This document shows, in pieces, positions 1 through 7,180 of a stretch of 37,430 nt of DNA (position 1 is its first letter; each line of letters opens with the position of its first letter). The notes below the pieces were generated by a model. The model searched no databases, had not been told where the DNA came from, and saw only the letters and a list, made by a program, of their open reading frames with translations. Made by a program: the position numbers and the translations under genes. The stretch is from a virus (Duplodnaviria > Caudoviricetes): positions 1-37,430 of IMG/VR virus record IMGVR_UViG_3300024988_000205. One strand, 5' to 3'.

Positions 1-951
1 CTATTTGGCTTTGAACGCCCGCAGCATCGCGTCGCGCTGCTGTTCGATCTGCATGTGCGCGTAGCGCTCGGTCGTTTTCACGCTGCTGTGGCCGAGGATC
101 TTGGACACGGTGAAGAGGTCGGCGCCGGTGGCGATGAGGATGCTGGCGCAGCTGTGGCGGAGGTCGTGGAAGTTGACGTCGGGCATGCCGGCGTCTTCGC
201 GCGCGCGGCGCCAGGCGCTTTTGATTCCTTCGATGCCGACTTCGAGCGGGAAGTGCTTTAGCCACGGGCGCAGGGCCGGCACGATGGGCACGGTGCGGGT
301 GCGCAGGGTCTTGGTGTTGCCGGCGTGGATGATGAGGCTGTCGCGGCCGATGTCTTCGCGGCGCAGTTTGACGATTTCGCCGCGCCTAGCGCCGGTGAGC
401 AGGGCGGTCCAGATGGCGGCCTGCACCGGCGTGCTGCAATGGCTGGCGATGGACTGCACCTGGTCGAGGCTGAGGTAGGTGCTGCGGGCGTTGTTCTCGG
501 GCAGGCGCTTGACGTGAGCGCTGTAATCGACGGGGATGAGTCCGCGCTCCCAGGCGAGGCGCAGGGCTTTCTTGAGGGTGCCGAGGCTGCGGTTGATGGT
601 GCCGGCGGCGTAGTGGCCGGCCATGTCCTTGACGATGTGGGCGGCAGCCTGGCGGGCCTGACTGGCGCGGTATTTTTCGAGCCAGAGCGCGATGCGGCGG
701 GCGTGGTCGAGGGCGGTCTTGGTGCTGCGCAGGGTTTCGGCGTGGGCGACGTACAGGCTGATGACTTCGGTAAGGCGCGGGTCGCTGGGGATACGCGGCG
801 TTTTGGCGACGGCGAGCGCGGCGCGCAGGTCGGCTTCTAGCTGCTTGGCAGCACCCGCAGTTGCGTCTTGCGGCAGGATGCGGTGAACTCGGCGCCCGTC
901 GACCATAATGCCGACGTGCCGGCGTCCCTTCTTGTCTGTCCAGATTGACAT
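1..951 (-). CDS. int: Phage tyrosine integrase
   Basis: Likely start MSIWTDKKGRRH (ATG at 951). Catalytic motifs LLTGARRGE, HDLRH and LGHSSVKTTERY. Confidence 0.95.
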   Translation of the reverse strand: MSIWTDKKGRRHVGIMVDGRRVHRILPQDATAGAAKQLEADLRAALAVAKTPRIPSDPRLTEVISLYVAHAETLRSTKTALDHARRIALWLEKYRASQARQAAAHIVKDMAGHYAAGTINRSLGTLKKALRLAWERGLIPVDYSAHVKRLPENNARSTYLSLDQVQSIASHCSTPVQAAIWTALLTGARRGEIVKLRREDIGRDSLIIHAGNTKTLRTRTVPIVPALRPWLKHFPLEVGIEGIKSAWRRAREDAGMPDVNFHDLRHSCASILIATGADLFTVSKILGHSSVKTTERYAHMQIEQQRDAMLRAFKAK

Positions 952-1118
952 GGTTGATTCTCCCGCAGCCAGGCTTTGCACTCTTCCAGATCGTAGCGCT
1001 TGGCCCTGATCCCGACGGGAGTATAGGGCATGCCGTCCAGTTCGAGCCGCCGGACGGTGGACTCGCTGATGGTGAGGGCCGCGCAGAGCTGCTGGCGGGT
1101 GAGGGCAGGGGTGGTCAT
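837..1118 (-). CDS. xis: Excisionase-like winged-HTH protein
   Basis: [31 protein letters not shown]...RYDLEECKAWL is a Xis/AlpA-type pattern. It lies directly upstream of int and overlaps it. Confidence 0.8.
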   Translation of the reverse strand: MTTPALTRQQLCAALTISESTVRRLELDGMPYTPVGIRAKRYDLEECKAWLRENQPCQSGQTRRDAGTSALWSTGAEFTASCRKTQLRVLPSS

Positions 1119-1579
1119 GCCGGCACGCGCTCCAGGATGTGGCCTTGCGCAGCCCGGCGTCGCGCTTCGAACAGGGCGTCGCGGCATTCGGCGCGCGGCA
1201 CGTTGGCGATCTGCTGTTCGTGCAGTTCGGCGCCGCGGTTGATGGCCTGCATTTCGCTGCCGGAGAATCCCCATTTACCGGTGCGCTCGTGGCGGGCCTT
1301 GATCTCCATGAGGGCGTCCTGCAGGGTGTAGACGACGTCGATGTATTCGGGGCCGACGTCGCGTTCGCACAGGATGAGGCTGACGTTGGCCATGGCGGCG
1401 AAGGTCCAGAAGTCATCCTCGATGCCGAGTCCGTTGCGCATGCGCAGGATGCCGGTGTGGATGGCCTTGCCAAGGTCGTCGAGCTGGTCGCGGGTCATGC
1501 CGTGCTGCATGGCGATGGTGTTCTGCCAGGCGAGGGGGTCGGCTACCCAGCGGGTTCTGCGCTTGCCGTGTTTTCTCAT
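1115..1579 (-). CDS. Hypothetical phage early protein
   Basis: 154-aa ORF with ATGA overlaps to both intI upstream and xis downstream. Confidence 0.8.
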   Translation of the reverse strand: MRKHGKRRTRWVADPLAWQNTIAMQHGMTRDQLDDLGKAIHTGILRMRNGLGIEDDFWTFAAMANVSLILCERDVGPEYIDVVYTLQDALMEIKARHERTGKWGFSGSEMQAINRGAELHEQQIANVPRAECRDALFEARRRAAQGHILERVPA

Positions 1580-2598
1580 GCTGTGATCCTGTCAAGCGGG
1601 CTGGTGGCGCCGCACGCGCCCCGGTTGAGTACGTGGGTATAGATCATGGTGGTGCTCACATCGCTGTGGCCGAGCAGTTCCTGCACGGTGCGGATGTCCG
1701 ATCCGGTTTCGAGCAGGTGGGTGGCAAAGCTGTGGCGTAGGGTGTGCGGATGCACCAGTTTGTGGATTCTGGCTGCTTGAGCAGCGGCCTTTACAGCGCG
1801 CTGGATATTGCGCTCGTTCCAGTGGTGGCGGCGCACGCTGCCGCTACGCGGATCGGTGCTGTAGCTCGGCGCGGCGAAGACGTATTGCCATGCCCACTCG
1901 GACGCGGCGCGCGGGTATTTGCGGGCGATGGCGTCTGGCAGCTCGACGTCGGCGTGGCCGGTGGATAGGTCGAGGTTGTGCCAGCGGAGCCGCTCGTCGA
2001 TGTGCTGTATCAGGTCTTCAACCAAGCTGGCCGGCAGCATGGTGACGCGGTCCTTGTTGCCCTTGCCTTCTCGAATGGTGATGAGGCGGCGCGCGAGGTC
2101 GACGTCCTTGATGCGCAGCCGCAGGCACTCCTTGATGCGCATGCCGGTGCCGTAGAGCAGCTTGATGATGAGGCCGTTGGTGCCGCTGACGTGTGCGAGC
2201 AGGGCGGCGATCTCCTGCTGGGTGAGCACGCTGGGCAGGCGCTTGGCCGTTCGGGCACGGGTGATGCCGTCGAGCCATGGCAGATCCACGCGGAGCACGT
2301 CGCGGTACAGAAACAGGATGGCGTGCATGGCTTGGTTCTGGGTGCTGGCGGAGACGTTGCGCTCGGTGGCCAGCGCGGAGAGGAATGCCTCGACCTCGGG
2401 CGCGCCCATCTCGGCCGGGTGGCGCTTGCCATGGAACAGGATGAAGCGCTTGGCCCAGTGCAGGTAGGTCTTCTCGGTGGAGTAGCTGTAGTGCCTGGTG
2501 CGGATAACCGCGCGCATCTGCTCCAGCAGCTTGGGCTTGGGCTGGGTGCCGTTCAACACTTGCGACGGTGTCGCGTTTGGTTTTTCGAGTGTGTGCAT
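1576..2598 (-). CDS. intI: Integron integrase (IntI family tyrosine recombinase)
   Basis: N-terminal [14 protein letters not shown]...[31 protein letters not shown]. Catalytic motifs [25 protein letters not shown] and [14 protein letters not shown]. Integron-specific insertion [10 protein letters not shown]...WQYVF...[18 protein letters not shown] upstream. Confidence 0.97.
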   Translation of the reverse strand: MHTLEKPNATPSQVLNGTQPKPKLLEQMRAVIRTRHYSYSTEKTYLHWAKRFILFHGKRHPAEMGAPEVEAFLSALATERNVSASTQNQAMHAILFLYRDVLRVDLPWLDGITRARTAKRLPSVLTQQEIAALLAHVSGTNGLIIKLLYGTGMRIKECLRLRIKDVDLARRLITIREGKGNKDRVTMLPASLVEDLIQHIDERLRWHNLDLSTGHADVELPDAIARKYPRAASEWAWQYVFAAPSYSTDPRSGSVRRHHWNERNIQRAVKAAAQAARIHKLVHPHTLRHSFATHLLETGSDIRTVQELLGHSDVSTTMIYTHVLNRGACGATSPLDRITA

Positions 2599-2627
2599 TG
2601 GCGCGGGTCTCCGTTGGGTGGGGTGGA

Positions 2628-2665
2628 GTTATGCGACAGGGGGTGTCGGAGAATTTAAGTTGGGC
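2628..2665 (+). other. attI: attI recombination site (predicted crossover G2659/T2660)
   Basis: GTTGGGC core at 2659-2665 next to the intI 5' end, after AT-rich GAATTTAA. GTTGGGCAC matches the reverse complement of the attC1 R'' region (GTTGGACAC) at 8/9. Confidence 0.75.
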
Positions 2666-2898
2666 ACCAGCAGTTCGGCCAGCTTTGTGTTGCCGTCGCC
2701 GCCGTAGGGGATGCACTCGCCGTCCCATCCGTGGCGCAGGTCGTCAACCTTCAACACCGCGCCATCCACTTCAATGCGCGGGTTCCAGTCGTCGCTGAAG
2801 ATGTCGAGCTTGTAGCTATCTGCCACTTGGTGCGCGTGTGATTCATCCTCGGCCATCACCACGCCGTAGGTGGTTATTTCAACCATGTAGAGTTTCAT
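2629..2898 (-). CDS. Cassette 1 ORF, acidic hypothetical protein (89 aa)
   Basis: MKLYMVEITTYGVV... with GGAG RBS 7 nt upstream. It reads through attI and stops at 2629-2631. Confidence 0.8.
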   Translation of the reverse strand: MKLYMVEITTYGVVMAEDESHAHQVADSYKLDIFSDDWNPRIEVDGAVLKVDDLRHGWDGECIPYGGDGNTKLAELLVPNLNSPTPPVA

Positions 2899-2916
2899 GT
2901 CTTCGCTCCAGTCCGT

Positions 2917-3003
2917 GTCCAACAATCCGGTCGAGCCGAGGCCCGCCAGCGTCTTTAATCCTTGCCTGATTCCGTAAGGCCCGGCTCACCGCAAGCGTTA
3001 GAT
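2917..3003 (+). other. attC: attC site 1 (87 bp)
   Basis: R'' GTCCAAC, 5-nt spacer, L'' GGT(C)GAGCCG pairing with L' CGGCTCACC (one extrahelical base), 6-nt spacer, R' GTTAGAT. Confidence 0.92.
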
Positions 3004-3296
3004 GACTCATCACCGAGCCTCACGCGGGCTTCCCATGCTCGCCCGTCGTCAGTCCAGCTTGCCGCCATCGCAGCGCAGCACTCCGAGCACCAGCGGTAGC
3101 TCATCAGCGAGCCGTCGAACACAGCCGCCAGCAGTCGCACGCGCTCGCCCGGCACAATCTCTTGCCGGCACATGCCGCAGGTTCCACCCTTGCGCGCGGT
3201 GCCAATCTTGTCCTTCAGCACCTTGTCGCCAGGGCTTCCGAAATCACCCTCGAAGGGGTTCGTTTTCAAACACTCAGCTTCGTCAAACGTCGTCAT
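2955..3296 (-). CDS. Cassette 2 ORF, putative zinc-binding protein (113 aa)
   Basis: ARKGGTCGMCRQEIVPGE...WCSECC has two CxxC pairs. It stops inside the attC1 loop. Confidence 0.8.
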   Translation of the reverse strand: MTTFDEAECLKTNPFEGDFGSPGDKVLKDKIGTARKGGTCGMCRQEIVPGERVRLLAAVFDGSLMSYRWCSECCAAMAASWTDDGRAWEARVRLGDESSNACGEPGLTESGKD

Positions 3297-3360
3297 CTAA
3301 CCCTCCGTTCGTTCGGACGCTCCGCCTGCGGCTCCGCGCCGCACAACTTGAGCGTTATGC
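3295..3360 (+). other. attC: attC site 2 (66 bp)
   Basis: R'' ATCTAAC (exact complement of the preceding GTTAGAT), spacer CCTCC, L'' GTT(C)GTTCGG imperfectly pairing with L' CCGCACAAC, 6-nt spacer, R' GTTATGC. Confidence 0.92.
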
Positions 3361-3911
3361 CCCTTGCACCGTGCGGCCAGCTCAACCAGCCATTCCGCCA
3401 GCGCCGGGGGCGTGTGCTCCCGCTCTGCCTTCGTTATGTGCGGGCGGTAGTCCTCGCGTTTCCGGCTCTGCACCACGTAGGCCGCCTCGCCCATCACGTA
3501 GGGCAGCGCCGGTATCTCGCCAGGTGCGCAGCCGACCACATAAAACCATGTGGCCTTTTCTGCCTTGTGGCCCCACCACTTCTGCGGCGCAGCCAGCGTC
3601 CATCCTCCGAGCTGGTCGCGTTCGCCAGGTCGCGGTAGTTTCTGCGCATCCCAAAGCGTCGAGCCGGCCGGGTGTTCGAGCACGCCGCCGAATTCCCGCA
3701 CCAGTGCCACAGCCAGGCGCCCGAGGTTCCTTTCGTCCGGCCTCGGGTTTGCAAAGGCCCGTAGCCGGCCCCAGGCTCGGCAAGGAGGGTGCGCTACCAC
3801 AGGCCACGGCCCGTCGTAGGTGCGCGCGTCTCGCTCGGCATCAAACACGTCCACGTCGGAAAGTTCCTTGTAGTGGCTGTCGGCGCGTGCGAAGAGGATG
3901 GCTACGGTCAT
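3297..3911 (-). CDS. Cassette 3 ORF, putative DNA cytosine methyltransferase-like protein (204 aa)
   Basis: VVAHPPC (motif IV PC-like), VLEHP (motif VI-like) and KATW. A canonical FxGxGG motif I is not evident. It reads through the whole of attC2. Confidence 0.6.
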   Translation of the reverse strand: MTVAILFARADSHYKELSDVDVFDAERDARTYDGPWPVVAHPPCRAWGRLRAFANPRPDERNLGRLAVALVREFGGVLEHPAGSTLWDAQKLPRPGERDQLGGWTLAAPQKWWGHKAEKATWFYVVGCAPGEIPALPYVMGEAAYVVQSRKREDYRPHITKAEREHTPPALAEWLVELAARCKGHNAQVVRRGAAGGASERTEG

Positions 3912-3931
3912 CGCGTTTCTCAATCGTCGGG

Positions 3932-4001
3932 GCACAACCCGTCGTGCGAAGGGACGCGCCGCGATGAAGCTGCATCGCGCCCCTCCACTCTGTCATTGAG
4001 T
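3932..4001 (+). other. attC: attC site 3, degenerate R' (ATT instead of GTT)
   Basis: R'' GCACAAC (GGGGCACAAC matches the upstream junction GTTATGCCCC at 9/10 as reverse complement), L'' GTG(C)GAAGGG, L' CCCTCCAC, 6-nt spacer, then ATTGAGT. Confidence 0.8.
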
Positions 4002-4008
4002 GGCCCGC

Positions 4009-4266
4009 TCACGCCGCACCCTTCTTCATATACCGCCGATGCACGTACATGCTGGCGGTGATTCCAAACGGGCCGCCGAGCATGTAGGCGGCGACCTCGC
4101 TAAAGCCGGCTTCCGGCATCAGCCGGTAGAGCGCCAGGTGGCCGGCGCCGATTAGAAAGCTGGTGAGGAATGCCGCCACGTAGTGCCCCTGGTTGACGTT
4201 CTGGCTCTGGAAGCCGAGGGCGAACACGCTCATGAAGCAGCTGGCGAAGAGGAGGAGTTCGTTCAC
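4009..4266 (-). CDS. Small multi-pass membrane protein
   Basis: 85 aa with about three hydrophobic segments and a basic C-terminus. Confidence 0.75.
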   Translation of the reverse strand: MNELLLFASCFMSVFALGFQSQNVNQGHYVAAFLTSFLIGAGHLALYRLMPEAGFSEVAAYMLGGPFGITASMYVHRRYMKKGAA

Positions 4267-4281
4267 GACGGCCGCCCTTGG

Positions 4282-5142
4282 TCAGCTGTTGGCGAACGGG
4301 TTGCCGAAGAAGAACGGGGTCCCGGTCTTCTCCTTGATCTGGCCGATCAGGGTCGAGGTGGCATCTTCGAGCACCTTGTCCTGGCGGATCAGTTCAAACC
4401 AGAAGGTCAACTTGCCGTCGCGTACGCGGTAGCGCAGCCGGGCGTCGATGCGATAGGCGTCGCCGTTCCAGAAGACCTGCAGGCCGATGCTGAAGCGGTC
4501 GAAGACCTGCATTTTCTGGATGGTCTGGGCGTCGTCATCCTGGGTGAAACTCATCTGCACGCCGCCGCTCTGCAGCCGGATCGCGCTTTTGAAGCGCATG
4601 TCCTGGTTGGCCTCGAAGGTGAGTGCCATTTCGAGCATCTGCGCGCCGGTGGGGCTGCCGTCGACGCTGGCGATGTCCTTGAGGTTTTCTTCGATGAACG
4701 AAGCGAAGTCGGGTTGGTTGAATGGCTGTTTGTTCTTGCCCACCCAGCGGTTCCACTCCTCCGAAAACTCGGGCGAGAAGCTGGCCTTGTGGTCGCGCCA
4801 GGCTGCTGCGTCCTTGTCCTCGCCGTGGTCGTTGAGGATGCCGGTGAACTTGACGTCGCCAGCCTTGTAATTGGCGATGCACCAGATCGTGCTGCTGTTG
4901 AGCGATCCGTGGCGCTTGATGTAGTCGACGAAGCTGTCGGCATCGTTGAGCTCGATGGTCGCTTTCTTGCGGCGCGGGGCGTCGAGCAGCTTTTCTTCGT
5001 CGCGCTCTTCCAGCTTCCAGCCCGGGGGCATGGCAATGCGCTTGATGTGCGACTCGGGTTTGCTGCCGATCTCGGTCGGCGCCTTCATCTCGCGGGACAG
5101 GGTCTGCGCGAGGTTTTCGGTTTCGGTGCTTGCGAGTTCCAT
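4282..5142 (-). CDS. DUF2303 / YfdQ-like phage protein
   Basis: Motifs DADSFVDYIKRH, FASFIEENLKDI, FKSAIRLQSG and ARLRYR typical of this family. Confidence 0.8.
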   Translation of the reverse strand: MELASTETENLAQTLSREMKAPTEIGSKPESHIKRIAMPPGWKLEERDEEKLLDAPRRKKATIELNDADSFVDYIKRHGSLNSSTIWCIANYKAGDVKFTGILNDHGEDKDAAAWRDHKASFSPEFSEEWNRWVGKNKQPFNQPDFASFIEENLKDIASVDGSPTGAQMLEMALTFEANQDMRFKSAIRLQSGGVQMSFTQDDDAQTIQKMQVFDRFSIGLQVFWNGDAYRIDARLRYRVRDGKLTFWFELIRQDKVLEDATSTLIGQIKEKTGTPFFFGNPFANS

Positions 5143-5151
5143 CGTGGTTCC

Positions 5152-5496
5152 TTATGCGGATTTGAGTTGTGTGGGCGCGGCCTCGGAGGCGGACGGCACG
5201 CTCTTGAGATCCAGCTTTTGCTGGTGTGGATCGTCGGCGACCAGGTTGCCCTCGGGGGTGGCGAACAGCATCGCTTCCATCGGCTCGTCGGCGGGCTTGG
5301 TCACCTTGACCTTGCCGGTTAGGATCATGGCGCCGCCGCGCGTGGCCTTCTTCACGTTGATGCTCAGGTCGATGCGCCCGGACTTGCCGGACGAATCGAC
5401 CGCCGCCACCAGCTCGGCGAGTTTGTCGCTGGCGGTGTCGATGAACACGCCGCCGCCGATATGGCGGAGGGTGTCGGTGATGGGTCTTGCTGACAT
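5152..5496 (-). CDS. YfdP-like phage protein (usual partner of DUF2303)
   Basis: MSARPITDTLRHIGGG...LAELVAAVDSSGKSG...FATPEGNLVADDPHQQKL, with AAGGAG RBS. Confidence 0.75.
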   Translation of the reverse strand: MSARPITDTLRHIGGGVFIDTASDKLAELVAAVDSSGKSGRIDLSINVKKATRGGAMILTGKVKVTKPADEPMEAMLFATPEGNLVADDPHQQKLDLKSVPSASEAAPTQLKSA

Positions 5497-5546
5497 TTTG
5501 ATACTCCTTTTACGGCCTGGCTCGATGGGGCAGGCTTCCCGGGTGG

Positions 5547-6122
5547 TCAAGCGGTTTGCTCCAGGCGTTCGGCGACGGCGAGCGTGGTCAGCTCGCGGAT
5601 GAGGTCGGCGTGTCGTTCCTTCAACGCCGGCAGGCCAGCCAGGACTTCCTGGCGCCTGGTCGCTGGGTCGAGCTTGTCGCGGGCGCAGGTGTGGGCAATT
5701 GAGTGGATGGCGTCGCGAGCCTTGGTATGCAAGCTATTTCCAACGGGGCTGCTGCGATCCCGGAACGACCGGAGCTCGAATCCGTAAAACGGTACGCGCT
5801 CGGCTGTTGCAATCAGCGCGATGCAGTCCGCCACGTCGGCATACAGCAGCGTGGCGAATTCCTTCCTGGCCGCCGTGAGGCGCTTCTCGTAGTCTTTCCT
5901 GATCGCGTCGGCCTCGCGGGCATCCTTCGCGAGCGAGGCGATCACCTTGTCCATCGCCGTGAGTGCGGCGCGGATGGCGGTCGACTCGCCTGCCGTGAGG
6001 CCGTAGTCGTTCGGGTCGATCTTGCGCAGGGCGGTGGCTGTGCGCGCCATGTGGGCCTTGCGCGCTGCGATCACGGCGCCACCGTCGTGGAGCGCCTGGC
6101 TTTTCTGGAGGTCGCTCAGCAT
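5547..6122 (-). CDS. Hypothetical helical protein
   Basis: MLSDLQKSQALHDGG..., 191 aa, starting 2 nt after the upstream stop. Confidence 0.7.
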   Translation of the reverse strand: MLSDLQKSQALHDGGAVIAARKAHMARTATALRKIDPNDYGLTAGESTAIRAALTAMDKVIASLAKDAREADAIRKDYEKRLTAARKEFATLLYADVADCIALIATAERVPFYGFELRSFRDRSSPVGNSLHTKARDAIHSIAHTCARDKLDPATRRQEVLAGLPALKERHADLIRELTTLAVAERLEQTA

Positions 6123-6124
6123 GA

Positions 6125-6358
6125 TCAGGCCGCCATTTCCTCGGCCGCCATCGGTTGCATGCCAAGTTGATGCGCATGCGCCACATGCGCCAGGGTGCGC
6201 AGGTCGTCGACGATCGGCGAGCCCGGGGTGTAGACCGAGGCGTTGACGACCATGGAAGACAGCATCTGCGTGAGGCTGTGCCAGCGCCCGATGCTGGGCC
6301 GGGCCAGCGCCTCCTGCCAGCGCAGCGAGACGATGGAGGGGATGACGATGGGCTGCAT
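6125..6358 (-). CDS. Hypothetical protein
   Basis: MQPIVIPSIVSLRWQEALARP..., 77 aa, TGATG-coupled to the upstream ORF. Confidence 0.65.
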   Translation of the reverse strand: MQPIVIPSIVSLRWQEALARPSIGRWHSLTQMLSSMVVNASVYTPGSPIVDDLRTLAHVAHAHQLGMQPMAAEEMAA

Positions 6359-6504
6359 CACACCACTCCGGCGGCGGCCAGCAGCACCATGACGGCCATT
6401 CCGGCCAGGCACACCGCAGCGATGATGGTGTCTGCGCGTTCGGCCTGCTCGGCCCGGCGCTGGGCGTTGTATGCACTCAGTTCGTTTCTGGTTCCGAAGT
6501 TCAT
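6358..6504 (-). CDS. 48-aa protein with C-terminal transmembrane helix (first gene of the pL operon; not in the ORF track)
   Basis: MNFGTRNELSAYNAQRRAEQAERADTIIAAVCLAGMAVMVLLAAAGVV*, with GGGAGAGGG RBS; its stop overlaps the next ATG. Confidence 0.7.
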   Translation of the reverse strand: MNFGTRNELSAYNAQRRAEQAERADTIIAAVCLAGMAVMVLLAAAGVV

Positions 6505-6666
6505 TGCGATTCCCTCTCCCGTGGTTAATCGGTTCACTGCTCCCCAACATCACCCTGCGTCTTCGTGAGGCTCCTAGCCGGTTGCCCGACCGTGGGATGG
6601 GTCCAGGCCCATCACGTCTGCCGCTTGGGGTGCGCAACGGGGCGCGCGGCTACGGGGTATGTCGTT

Positions 6667-6707
6667 ACTTTATAACCATGGTTCTCAATCTGTCAAGAAC
6701 CAAGGTT
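6667..6707 (-). promoter_or_regulatory. pL promoter with operators OL1/OL2
   Basis: Minus-strand TTGACA (6691-6696) and TAAAGT (6667-6672). Palindromes AACCATGGTT (6674-6683) and AACCAAGGTT (6698-6707) are 24 bp apart. Confidence 0.85.
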
Positions 6708-6765
6708 ATATTTTGTGGCACAATGAAGCCGCGCCCGATGTGGGCGAGTCGAAAAGGAGTCAGGG

Positions 6766-7071
6766 ATGGATCAGAAAGAACTGGCGGAAGCGGGGGCGCC
6801 TGGCCTGCTGTACCGGCGCGAGGATGGCGTGGAGATCCCGCTTGATCAGGGTAATGTGTGGGTGTGGCGCATGGGCCCGTCTGGCCGCTGGATGTTGGCG
6901 CGATACATGGATGGCATGATCGAAGAAAGCTATGCGCCTATGGAAGACGCTGAGCTTGGGATCGCGCTCGCCGCAATCAGTCGTGGTTATCAACCACCAC
7001 GTACCCTTCATCGTCTAGAGACACTGTCTGGGCGAATTCCGCCTGAAGGTGGCTCGGTGCCCGAGGCTTGA
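6766..7071 (+). CDS. Hypothetical protein (immunity-region accessory)
   Basis: 101-aa ORF with AAGGAG upstream. It overlaps the convergent ORF 6977-7180. Confidence 0.5.
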   Translation: MDQKELAEAGAPGLLYRREDGVEIPLDQGNVWVWRMGPSGRWMLARYMDGMIEESYAPMEDAELGIALAAISRGYQPPRTLHRLETLSGRIPPEGGSVPEA

Positions 7072-7180
7072 ACCGCCTGAACACGAGCCCGCCGAAATCG
7101 ACGGTGTAGTGCGCTGGATAGTTGCGAAGTTCGTCCAGCAGCTCGCCGACGGTGATGGTGGGGTGGGGTTTGTTGGTCAT
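6977..7180 (-). CDS. Hypothetical protein
   Basis: MTNKPHPTITVGELLDELRNYP..., 67 aa, ATGA-coupled to the upstream lipoprotein gene. Confidence 0.6.
   Translation of the reverse strand: MTNKPHPTITVGELLDELRNYPAHYTVDFGGLVFRRFKPRAPSHLQAEFAQTVSLDDEGYVVVDNHD

Larger units (their letters stand above)
1576..4001. mobile_element. Complete integron (intI + attI + 3 cassettes) embedded in the phage early-left operon
   Basis: intI is adjacent to an attI-like core, followed by three attC sites whose R'' boxes are complementary to the preceding R' junctions. Confidence 0.9.

Noticed and set aside
952-1473. N-terminal 174 aa of the 490-aa integrase ORF call
   Set aside because: Low-complexity shadow translation overlapping xis and ORF 1115-1579; integrase-like sequence begins at ATG 951.
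3002-3967. Plus-strand ORFs (321 aa, 158 aa) as sense cassette genes
   Set aside because: They have Arg/Pro/Ala-rich shadow composition and cross attC2; the minus-strand ORFs have RBSs and recognisable motifs.
2917-4001. Spaced palindromes as a CRISPR array, REP elements or terminators
   Set aside because: They differ in sequence and length, are separated by whole genes, lack U-tracts and have attC box architecture.
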